Source: Armatimonadota bacterium (GTDB lineage Bacteria; Armatimonadota; SYMT01). Taken from it: 20,977 nt of DNA. A model generated the notes under the pieces. It made no database searches, was not told where the DNA came from, and saw nothing but the letters and a program-made list of their open reading frames with translations. The stretch is taken from positions 1 through 20,977 of the forward strand of contig JBKBRF010000074.1 in assembly GCA_046292385.1 (NCBI GenBank), in the 5' to 3' direction. A program made the translations under genes and the position numbers. Below are positions 8,330 to 15,937 of the stretch, piece by piece (the first letter of the stretch is position 1; every line of letters begins with the position of its first letter).

Positions 8330-8647
8330 TTACGGAGCCGGATGGAGGAGCGATCGGTCGACAGCGTCTACGTCACCTCCATGGCTGCCATCCAGCAGGT
8401 CCCCGGCATACAGCGCCGCCCCGGGGTGGGGCGGCTTCAGGCGGACTATGGGCGGAGGTACGACTCCGGCGTCATGGGTGAAATCCATCTCCCGTAGCTC
8501 CCAGACCTCGCCGGTCTTCCGGTGCCGGTATTGCGGGTGCTCCGGGTCGAGCCGTCCCGCCAAGACGCGAAGCACCGCGAGAGTGGTGAACGGTGTTTCC
8601 GGTTCCGGGGAGATCACCTCGACGGTCGTGACGTGGTGGGTATTCAT
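8330..8647 (-). CDS. Small hypothetical protein (105 aa)
   Basis: ATG with upstream GAAGGGG; fills the gap between convergent genes without overlap. Confidence 0.55.
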   Translation of the reverse strand: MNTHHVTTVEVISPEPETPFTTLAVLRVLAGRLDPEHPQYRHRKTGEVWELREMDFTHDAGVVPPPIVRLKPPHPGAALYAGDLLDGSHGGDVDAVDRSLLHPAP

Positions 8648-8834
8648 TGCGATGGTGCACCCCTTCTCGGGAGCTATGGCGTGGAATAGCTAATACCGCA
8701 CAGATCACGGAGAGTTATTTCCGTAGCCACGGTGAATTCGTGCCTGGCAGAGGGAGTTAATGCGACACAAATAGATCTGGTTCTTTCTAGATCCGTTAAT
8801 GGCCGCCGCCTCCCTTCTCCCTGGTGCTCCTGGT

Positions 8835-10319
8835 CTATAGGTCCTTCCTCTCCAGTTCGGTCGGGATGCCCTGATCCATCGCCTCTGCTTGTATTTCACG
8901 GCCGATCCTGTGGATCTGACGCTCGCGCTCTGCACGATCGGTACTCCGGAGGATCACCCCATCGTGGAGCCAGGCCAGGATGCGCAGGTCTTTCTCCTCT
9001 CGAATAACGTGCCACAGTTTCCGCATCAGCCGGAGCTCGTAGCTCTGCGTTTGCTGGGAGAGGAGTGAGCGGACCGACCTCTGCGATCGGTTCGGTAGCG
9101 CGATCCACCGGCCGAATGCATCGCGAACCCCATCCTCGGCCCGAACGCGCTGCATGGCCGATTTGCGGGCTTCCAGCAGTTCCTCGATCTGCGGTAGGTG
9201 CTCGAACTCGCGGGCCTTACTCTCTCCGATGCCGGGCTCGGCAGCGGTGCCACACGCCAGGCGCTGGCGGATCTTGCCCATGTTCCCCCCGAACAGGATC
9301 GAATAGATCGAGATCTTCAGGATCGGTTTGCGGTCCGTAACCCCAAGCGCGTCCAACAGGTATTCCCAGATCGACCAGCCCTCACCCAGACGGCGCTGCA
9401 GGTCGGTCAGTCCCCACAGCTTTGAGACGATCGCCAGCTGGCAGGACCGGAGGTCCAGCTGGATCGCTCCCCGGAACAGCATGGCGCGTAGCTCCCGGGG
9501 TAGCTGGTTCACGCTGAGGGTGGCCGGGTAGATCCGTACGGAGTTCTCCACCGGTCGGTAGAGCACGCGGGGGGCCTGGGCGGTGCGCAGCATGATCTGG
9601 GCCGCCAGCTGCAGTCGGCGCCGGTCCCGGTCGGTCTCTCTCGGCATCTGGAGGATCTCCGCTCGCACGGACCCCCAGTTCGCCCGGAGCACCCGGTTGA
9701 ATGCGTGCAGGGGCTGCGCGTTCAGAAACTCCACCAGCTCCCGAGCGGGATGGTCTGTCAGGAGGGGCGCGGCGTCCGCCAACAACTCGTGTTCCCGCGC
9801 GCGCAGTTGGCTGTCCCGGGAACCGGCGGCCATCCGCCTGCCGGTGACCCAATCCACCAGCTCCGTCGGTCTTGTGAACTCCTCCGGGATCTCGTGGGCC
9901 AGGAGGTTCAGCAGCTCGGTGGGAAACTCCGGTTCGACCGTGCGGGCGAGACCTCGCTCGTGGTCGTATGGCCGTTCGTGGAGGGGGAGCACCTGCTCCT
10001 CAAACTCGCGAAGTCGCCGGCCGGAGCGGAAGCCCCCGGAGTGGGGGTGAATGTTCCACATGGCAGCGAGGGTGGCGTGTGGCACGATCAAGCGGCCAGT
10101 CAGCTCCTCCCGGTAGCTGCTAGTGAGGAGATATTGGAGCAGTTGCCGGTTGGCTGTCGCTGGTGGTTCCTCTCCCGCCAGGGCCGGGTAGAGTTGGAGC
10201 ACTCGCTCCCGGGTGGACGGCTGCAGCAGCAGCGGATCGAGCGAGAACGTGGCGGCGGCAACCCTTGCCTGGGCAGGGTCGATGGTGGGGGCATCGGCCC
10301 CCGTCTGCGGGTCGTACAT
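8835..10319 (-). CDS. Compact family-A-like nucleotide polymerase (TV-Pol-like), no recognisable exonuclease domains
   Basis: Motifs in PolA order: VRIYP…VNQLPRELR, motif A IQLDLRSCQLAI, motif B RKPILKISIYSILFGG, DAFGR, QQTQSYE, motif C ILAWLHDGVIL. RBS GAGAGGA. Confidence 0.75.
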   Translation of the reverse strand: MYDPQTGADAPTIDPAQARVAAATFSLDPLLLQPSTRERVLQLYPALAGEEPPATANRQLLQYLLTSSYREELTGRLIVPHATLAAMWNIHPHSGGFRSGRRLREFEEQVLPLHERPYDHERGLARTVEPEFPTELLNLLAHEIPEEFTRPTELVDWVTGRRMAAGSRDSQLRAREHELLADAAPLLTDHPARELVEFLNAQPLHAFNRVLRANWGSVRAEILQMPRETDRDRRRLQLAAQIMLRTAQAPRVLYRPVENSVRIYPATLSVNQLPRELRAMLFRGAIQLDLRSCQLAIVSKLWGLTDLQRRLGEGWSIWEYLLDALGVTDRKPILKISIYSILFGGNMGKIRQRLACGTAAEPGIGESKAREFEHLPQIEELLEARKSAMQRVRAEDGVRDAFGRWIALPNRSQRSVRSLLSQQTQSYELRLMRKLWHVIREEKDLRILAWLHDGVILRSTDRAERERQIHRIGREIQAEAMDQGIPTELERKDL

Positions 10320-10559
10320 CGAGTCATCCTCTCTGGCCGGGTGTCCAGATCGTGCAGCTCTCCCGGCCTCACAAAATCAGGTGGTCAATTCGGGCTGGCG
10401 TGCCTGTAACCGGTACGCTGGTGATTGCGGTTACAGTTGAGCTTGTCCGCCGAGTTCGGGCGGGTGGAATCAGGTAAGATGCTTCGGACGGTGGGAGCGG
10501 AAGTTCCCCCAGTTCTTCGCTTCCTCATTCTTAGAATCAAAAGTTACACGCGGAACATG

Positions 10560-11609
10560 TCATCCTCTCCGCAGCAGCAGGCTCCGCCCAGCCCAGAGTT
10601 CGGACCTGCTCTCCTGTTCGGAGACAAGCTCCCCACCCAGATTTGCGAGCACAACCCCCAGGCAATCCGGGTTCAGGATCCGGAGGTGCTGCGTCGCACC
10701 CGTCTGCTCTTCAAGACCGCGTGATGCGGCATAGCGCATCCTACCGTCTGGCCGCACGGCAGCTGCCTGGAACAGGTTCCGGCGCATGTATCCGGCCAGG
10801 CGCAGGGGGTCGGCCTTCGCAGGATCTCCAGGGTGGATGAACCCCTCGCCCCAGGTCTGCTGGAGTAACTCCTGGTCCAGATCCTCGGCGGTGGCCGCGT
10901 GAATATGCAGCGCGGGTTTCCCTTCCGGACAGGTGCGCTTCTCATGGGGCGCACCAATCGCCAGGTAGGGAACACGCCTCTCCAGGCGGTAGTTCAGTCT
11001 TCTCCAGAACCGGGTCAGATGGTCGGACATTACGTTCCAGTCGGAGACAGGTTCACTGAACGTGAGGGTCCACAGAATGCCCAGGTCATTCGCCAGGATC
11101 TTACGAAAGAGCGTGCCGGCGGCCTTACGATCTCCCTGGTCTCGGTAGGAGTCCCGATCCCGAGTGATAGGCTGTGTACGCGCACGTGGTGTTAGATACC
11201 AGCCCCGGTAACCGTAGTAGACGGAGGTGTAGTTTCCCAGGATGCGGATGCTTACATTACGCCAGTCATCCGCCACGCGAATACGTTCATCCAGATCTGC
11301 GGGAGCTACATTCGTGTCTGGTAACCCGGCTAGTGTCTCGACCAGCTCATCCGTCCCGGTAGGCGGTTCCGGTAGAAGTATTCGGCCTCCAGATTTCGGG
11401 TGAGTCCACCGTAGAGTAGAACCTTTGGAACCAGTCCCATACGTGGGGTACAGGCTCTCGTGATTACGGATTCCCGAATGCGGGCTTCTGTATATTTCGT
11501 CGTAACTCTCCTCACTTATCGAGTAAGGGGAGCTCTCCTCCGCGACTGCAAAGGGGTCGGCTTCCAGCTCGGGGAGCCAGGCGTCATCCAGTAGCTCGGT
11601 CTCGTACAT
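10560..11609 (-). CDS. Rolling-circle replication initiator-like HUH endonuclease
   Basis: Motif I LWTLTF, helix FWRRL, motif II LHIHA, WGEGF, motif III LAGYMRRNL, RY-x2-SRGL. ATG 11609 preceded by GGAGAG. Confidence 0.8.
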   Translation of the reverse strand: MYETELLDDAWLPELEADPFAVAEESSPYSISEESYDEIYRSPHSGIRNHESLYPTYGTGSKGSTLRWTHPKSGGRILLPEPPTGTDELVETLAGLPDTNVAPADLDERIRVADDWRNVSIRILGNYTSVYYGYRGWYLTPRARTQPITRDRDSYRDQGDRKAAGTLFRKILANDLGILWTLTFSEPVSDWNVMSDHLTRFWRRLNYRLERRVPYLAIGAPHEKRTCPEGKPALHIHAATAEDLDQELLQQTWGEGFIHPGDPAKADPLRLAGYMRRNLFQAAAVRPDGRMRYAASRGLEEQTGATQHLRILNPDCLGVVLANLGGELVSEQESRSELWAGRSLLLRRG

Positions 11610-11879
11610 CGCTGCGCTCTCCGGCGGCAACCTCCGTCTCGCAGATCCCGCTCGGGGACCCGATCGACGGAGTAGCCGCCCGGTCGAGGCAGGCACGGCA
11701 GCAGCCCGGCACACGCACGAAGACGAAGCCCCCCTGATCCTGGTCACGCCAGAACACAGGGGACAGGTCTACCCGGGTACAGGGGCGCGACTCCGTGCCG
11801 CTCACCGGAGTTTCGGTGCGGTGAGGGTTGGGGTTACGCGCAGACCCCGGCGGCGCTGCTGCTGCCGTTCCTGCCGGGG

Positions 11880-12056
11880 TTAGGGCGTGGGTGCTCCGAC
11901 GACTCCCGCTGTCAGCCAGCAGGGAGCGGGGCGGGGGAGACTCGCCCGAACGGGGGAGCACCAGTGGCTCCGGGGCGAGAGAGCGGCGCTACTGGGGGCG
12001 CGAAGCGGTGGGAGTGGGCGCGGGCCACCGAGCCCGCAGTTGCATCTCAAATCCAT
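11880..12056 (-). CDS. Possible 58-aa peptide (MDLRCNCGLGGPRPLPP…)
   Basis: ATG at 12056 preceded by AAGAGGA, stop TAA at 11880-11882; co-oriented between xis and rep. Composition is not convincing. Confidence 0.25.
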   Translation of the reverse strand: MDLRCNCGLGGPRPLPPLRAPSSAALSPRSHWCSPVRASLPRPAPCWLTAGVVGAPTP

Positions 12057-12155
12057 TCCAGGTTCCTCTTAGTCCAGGCCAGAGTGTCATTCACCAGTTC
12101 AGAGAGTCAGCGTGTTGAGCCGAGCTGGGCTGCGTGGGTAACCGCTTCGTCGGCA

Positions 12156-12449
12156 CTACCGATCCGTAAGCTGCAGCAGCCGGGCAGTGAGCGCAGTGCG
12201 GGGGATCCGCAGGTGCCGTCCGATGCGGAACGCCGGGATGACCCCCTGCCGGATCGCATCGCGAACCGAGGTCTGCCCGACCTGCAGGAGATCGGCGGCC
12301 TCGCAGACCCGCAGCCACTCAGGCGGGGAAAGGGGCACCGGGGCCGGGGCGGGGTGGTAAGAAGCCGCCCGTCGGCGGCCTCTACAGCGAATCGTCATGA
12401 TCGGGCGTAGTCGTTCGTCCATGGCAGATCTCCGTGGTCTCCATTCCAT
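12156..12449 (-). CDS. Excisionase-family (HTH_17 / MerR-like) DNA-binding protein; start uncertain
   Basis: WLRVCEAADLLQVGQTSVRDAIRQGVIPAFRIGRHLRIPRTAL is a typical Xis winged HTH; divergent from the integrase operon. Confidence 0.85.
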   Translation of the reverse strand: MEWRPRRSAMDERLRPIMTIRCRGRRRAASYHPAPAPVPLSPPEWLRVCEAADLLQVGQTSVRDAIRQGVIPAFRIGRHLRIPRTALTARLLQLTDR

Positions 12450-12564
12450 CGCGTCATCACCGGTTCAGGGAGTCAGATGGGCGCCGGAGTAGTTCAGCCG
12501 GTATCTAGTCGTGCGTCGACTGCAGCACGCCACTGATGGCCTAGTAGAACGCTCCGGGCTCCAC

Positions 12565-12573
12565 TGGTATAAT
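12565..12573 (+). promoter_or_regulatory. Extended -10 promoter (TGGTATAAT) for the Zn-finger/integrase transcript
   Basis: Exact TGnTATAAT in GC-rich DNA, 10 nt before ATG 12584. Confidence 0.6.
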
Positions 12574-12583
12574 GATACACAAC

Positions 12584-13723
12584 ATGAGCGACTACTGTGA
12601 AGCAGGTTCGGAAGAAACACGCCTGGGAGCATCCGGAGATCGGAGAAATGTTCCGATCAGGGCCACCGGAATACCCTGGATGCGCCGCCGGTATAAGGTG
12701 GATGGCCCTTACCTCGTTCCGGTGCCGGAGACAGAGGCGGTGGACTATGTGCCGCTGGCGCACTACCGCGCTCCCGGAGCCGAGGAGCGGTCGCCGTATT
12801 TCGACTTTCTGGAGAGCGACGAGGAACATCTGCCCACGCTGGGGGGCCTGGCGAACCACTGGGGGCCGCTCGGCCTGCTCCAGCGCCAGGTAGTCCAGAT
12901 CCGCTACCTGCTCGGCCCGGAGCATCCGCTCCTCGCGCCGTTCGGCTTGCCGGGTACGCTGGAGGTGACGGATCTACCGCAGGGATTTGAATACGAGCCT
13001 GGGACCTACCGGCTCCGGTTCGGCAAGGGAGCCACACTCCCGGATCAGCTGATACCGGAGATCGAAGAGCGCCTGCGGGAAGCCGGTATCCGCCGCTGGT
13101 TTGATGCGGAAGCGGGGAAGGCGTGGGCGCTGGTGAGCGATCCGGTTACCGGCACGCTGCGAGAGCTACCCCTCTATCGGGTGCTCCGTCCGTACCTGCC
13201 CCAACTCTGGGCAGAGACCGGCAGGGCTCCAGAGGGGGAGGCGCTCCAGGACGGCTGGCGACTCGCTGATCTGGTGTGTGAACCGGTAGCGGAGGTTCAG
13301 CAGGCGCTCCAGGATTTCCGGAATGTCTATGCCGGGGTAGCCGGCTACACCGACGACCGCACCAGGATTTCCGAGGCGCCGGAGGCGCAGTGCCAGCTCA
13401 CTCGTGCCCTCCGGCGGGTGTCCCCCCGGGTGGCGATGATTCCCCCGGTGGACACGGCAACTGGAGACCCGGGCTGGAGGTCGGGCTGGACGACTCCGTC
13501 TCTGCTCGACTCCCTCTACACGATGCTGTGGCTCGACATCAACCGGGGCTACTACGTGCGGATTTGCGGCAATGAGAGCTGCGCGAAGGGGCTGGGACGG
13601 CGCAAGCCCTTCATCACGGATCAGCTGAAAAACCGCTTCTGCTCCACCAAGTGCTACCACGTGCAGCGGCAGCGAGAGTACCGCGAGGAGCAGAAGCAGA
13701 GACGCGCGGCTGCGCCAGACTGA
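12584..13723 (+). CDS. Protein with C-terminal CGNR-type zinc finger, probable element regulator
   Basis: C-terminal ICGNESC…FIT…RFCSTKC followed by basic helix QRQREYRE. Start moved to ATG 12584 because ATG 12572 overlaps the -10 box. Confidence 0.75.
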   Translation: MSDYCEAGSEETRLGASGDRRNVPIRATGIPWMRRRYKVDGPYLVPVPETEAVDYVPLAHYRAPGAEERSPYFDFLESDEEHLPTLGGLANHWGPLGLLQRQVVQIRYLLGPEHPLLAPFGLPGTLEVTDLPQGFEYEPGTYRLRFGKGATLPDQLIPEIEERLREAGIRRWFDAEAGKAWALVSDPVTGTLRELPLYRVLRPYLPQLWAETGRAPEGEALQDGWRLADLVCEPVAEVQQALQDFRNVYAGVAGYTDDRTRISEAPEAQCQLTRALRRVSPRVAMIPPVDTATGDPGWRSGWTTPSLLDSLYTMLWLDINRGYYVRICGNESCAKGLGRRKPFITDQLKNRFCSTKCYHVQRQREYREEQKQRRAAAPD

Positions 13724-13784
13724 GCCGCGAACGGGGATACGGAAGCTGAATTGGGCGAGAGCGACTTTGAATAGGAGAGAGACC

Positions 13785-14963
13785 ATGCGAGGGCATGTAC
13801 GGAAGCGGGCGAAGGGGTCGTGGACGCTGTGGATCGACCTGGGCTACGACGAGACCGGCAAACGTCGCCAGAAGACGTTTACGGTGAAAGGCAACAAGCG
13901 CGAGGCCGAGGCGGAGCTGAACCGGATCCTGAATGAGCTGAACACCGGCGTCTACGTGCAGCCCGCGAAGCTCACAGTGGCGGAGTACCTGGAGCGCTGG
14001 CTCACGGACTACGCCCAGACGAACGTCAGCCCTAAGACGCTCGAAAACTACACGGAGTTCGTGCGCAAACACCTGATCCCCGCGTTCGGCAACCAGTTGC
14101 TGGCGAAGCTGACGCCGCTGCACATCCAGAGCTATTACACGCGGGCGGTGCAGACCGGGAGGCGGGATGGAAAGGGCGGCCTCTCCGCCCGGACGGTCCT
14201 CCATCACCACCGGGTGCTGCGGGAGGCGCTCCAGCAGGCGGTCAAGTGGCAACTACTGGCCCGTAACCCCGCCGACGCTGTGCAGCCACCCCGTCCCGGC
14301 CGAACGGAGCTCGGCGTCCTCACCGTCGACCAGATGCGCACGCTGGTGACAGTCGTCAGGGAGACCCGGCTCTACATCCCGATCTTGCTCGCGGTCTCCA
14401 CCGGGATGCGCCGGGGGGAAATCCTGGGTTTGCGCTGGCGGGACGTGGACCTGGCCGCCGGGGTGATCTCCGTCCGCCAATCGGTTCAGCAGACCCGCTC
14501 CGGCCTTCACTTCAAGGAGCCGAAGACCCAGAAGAGCCGGCGCTCGCTCCTCCTGCCCTCGACGGTAGTGGCGGCCCTAGTTGCTCACAGACAAGCGCAG
14601 GAGCAGATCCGACAGCAAGTTGGCGCTGCCTATGACGACCGGGATCTGGTGGTGGCGGGTCCGGATGGCAAGCCGTTCTCTCCGGCCGCCTTCACCCAGG
14701 CATTCCGGCTGCTCGTGAGCCGCACAGACCTACCCCAGGTCCGGTTCCACGACCTGCGCCACAGCCACGCGACTCGGCTGTTTCAGCAGGGCACCCACCC
14801 TAAGATCGTGAGCGAGAGATTGGGTCACTCGACGGTGGGGATCACTCTTGACGTGTACTCCCACGTCCTCCCCGGAATGCAGAAGGAAGCGGTGCTCCAG
14901 ATCGACGCAGACCTGCGAGAGCCGGAAGCGGCAGACGGGGGCACACTCCCGCCAGACGGCTGA
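13785..14963 (+). CDS. int: Tyrosine recombinase/integrase (ICEBs1/phage-like) with N-terminal arm-binding domain
   Basis: RBS AGGAGA; N-terminal MRGHVRKR…GKRRQKT; catalytic TGMRRGEILGL, PKT, RFHDLRHSHAT, RLGHS, TLDVYSHV. Confidence 0.96.
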   Translation: MRGHVRKRAKGSWTLWIDLGYDETGKRRQKTFTVKGNKREAEAELNRILNELNTGVYVQPAKLTVAEYLERWLTDYAQTNVSPKTLENYTEFVRKHLIPAFGNQLLAKLTPLHIQSYYTRAVQTGRRDGKGGLSARTVLHHHRVLREALQQAVKWQLLARNPADAVQPPRPGRTELGVLTVDQMRTLVTVVRETRLYIPILLAVSTGMRRGEILGLRWRDVDLAAGVISVRQSVQQTRSGLHFKEPKTQKSRRSLLLPSTVVAALVAHRQAQEQIRQQVGAAYDDRDLVVAGPDGKPFSPAAFTQAFRLLVSRTDLPQVRFHDLRHSHATRLFQQGTHPKIVSERLGHSTVGITLDVYSHVLPGMQKEAVLQIDADLREPEAADGGTLPPDG

Positions 14964-15026
14964 GATCTCGGGCAGGTGAACGGAGTGCGGACAGCACGGT
15001 GCGTGCCTGAACCGTGCTTGCAGGCG

Positions 15027-15046
15027 CGTTAGCAATTCGTTAGCAA
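15027..15046. repeat. Tandem CGTTAGCAA x2 (11-bp period), probable integrase arm-type sites
   Basis: Copies at 15027-15035 and 15038-15046, between the int stop and the tRNA 3' end. Confidence 0.6.
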
Positions 15047-15089
15047 AACGTCCGCTCCTCGCGGTTTTCACCGTACGAGGGCGGACGTT
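15047..15089 (-). terminator. Hairpin just downstream of tRNA-Ser
   Basis: AACGTCCGC-TCCTCG…CGAGG-GCGGACGTT inverted repeat, followed on the - strand by a short T run. Confidence 0.55.
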
Positions 15090-15096
15090 CCAGGCA

Positions 15097-15181
15097 CGGA
15101 GGGAGTGGGATTCGAACCCACGGAGACTTGCGCCTCACCTGTTTTCAAGACAGGCTCCTTAAACCACTCGGACATCCCTCC
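15097..15181 (-). tRNA. tRNA-Ser (anticodon TGA), CCA not encoded
   Basis: Acceptor GGAGGGA/TCCCTCC plus discriminator G; D arm CCGAGTGGTTTAAGG; anticodon arm CCTGT-CTTGAAA-ACAGG; long variable arm; T arm GTGGG-TTCGAAT-CCCAC. Confidence 0.97.
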
Positions 15182-15205
15182 CGGTCGCTCTACGGGCAAC
15201 GGCCC

Positions 15206-15234
15206 ATTGTACCGGCGCTCCTGGGGGGCGTCAA
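15206..15234 (-). promoter_or_regulatory. Sigma70-type promoter of tRNA-Ser
   Basis: TTGACG-17 nt-TACAAT, 24 nt upstream of the tRNA. Confidence 0.85.
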
Positions 15235-15320
15235 GAACGCCTCTCCCACGTCCCCAGAGCGGGGGACGAGAACTAGGAGGAGAGATCACCGGCCTGGCGC
15301 CTCGGAGGTGGTCCTGGGCG

Positions 15321-15683
15321 TCAGCGGCTCATCACCCACGGGTCGACCAGCCACACGAGCGTGACGTAGGGGCTGACCAGGCAGAGCCCGATCGCTCCCG
15401 CGAAGGTGCCGGCCAGGGCCAGGCCGTCCTCCTGCCTCGCTCGGGAGCGATGGATCGCCCAGGCACCGGTTCCGAGCGAAAGCGCGCTGAGGACCGGCGG
15501 CGACCAGTAGAAGACGCCGAGGGCGGCTGCTTCGACGAGTTGGCGGTACGGTCCCCCGATCACCGCGCCCTCCGCCGCGAGCTTCAGGAGTATCGCCGCA
15601 GTCCAGAGGGCGACCCCCGCCGCGGCACAAACCACGGAGGTCAACCCCAGGACACGTTCCTTGCCGACGGGTGGTGCGGCCAT
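15321..15683 (-). CDS. Small membrane protein (~120 aa, about 3 hydrophobic segments)
   Basis: Hydrophobic stretches VLGLTSVVCAAAGVALWTAAILL, GVFYWSPPVLSALSLGTGAWAI, LALAGTFAGAIGLCLVSPYVTLVWLV; purine-rich region before ATG 15683. Confidence 0.7.
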   Translation of the reverse strand: MAAPPVGKERVLGLTSVVCAAAGVALWTAAILLKLAAEGAVIGGPYRQLVEAAALGVFYWSPPVLSALSLGTGAWAIHRSRARQEDGLALAGTFAGAIGLCLVSPYVTLVWLVDPWVMSR

Positions 15684-15937
15684 TTCTCTTCTCTGCTCCG
15701 GAAACCCGGCCCCTTGGGTAATCTCAGGACGGCCCCCTCGTTCCTCAGTTCCGCGCCGATGTTTGGAGGTCATTCACCGGCGGTCGGATACGGGTCCTCG
15801 TGCCGGCCGCGGCCGGGGGCACACCGGCAGGGAGGGGTGAGATAATTGCCCGGCGGCGAGGCGCGACAGCGAGGCCGCGCTCGCGGGTGGGCCGCGGTGA
15901 GACGGCGGTGTCCCGGTCAGAAGAGGAAGCTTTTGTT

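Larger units (their letters stand above)
1..15120. mobile_element. Integrative element / genomic island inserted at tRNA-Ser 3' end (left boundary not found in window)
   Basis: Tyrosine integrase ends 134 bp from the tRNA 3' end; excisionase, HUH Rep and accessory genes follow; housekeeping genes lie only on the other side of the tRNA. No second copy of the tRNA 3' end was seen by eye. Confidence 0.8.

Noticed and set aside
8835..10319. Housekeeping polA or T7-like RNA polymerase
   Set aside because: Far too short, lacks exonuclease domains, and lacks the DGSCSG-type motif A of single-subunit RNAPs.
11584..11961. 125-aa - strand ORF upstream of rep
   Set aside because: No recognisable motif or clear RBS and it overlaps the rep start; a shorter Cys-rich peptide cannot be excluded.
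10560..14963. Filamentous (inovirus) or tailed prophage
   Set aside because: No Zot/pI ATPase, small coat proteins, terminase, portal or capsid genes recognisable in the window.
1..15096. Second att copy (duplicate of the tRNA-Ser 3' end) inside the window
   Set aside because: None found by eye; the nearest look-alike (GGGAGTGGG near 12010) is too short and lacks TTCGAA.
15105..15845. 246-aa + strand ORF
   Set aside because: Overlaps the tRNA and the membrane protein gene; Arg/Pro/Gly-rich composition typical of spurious GC-rich frames.
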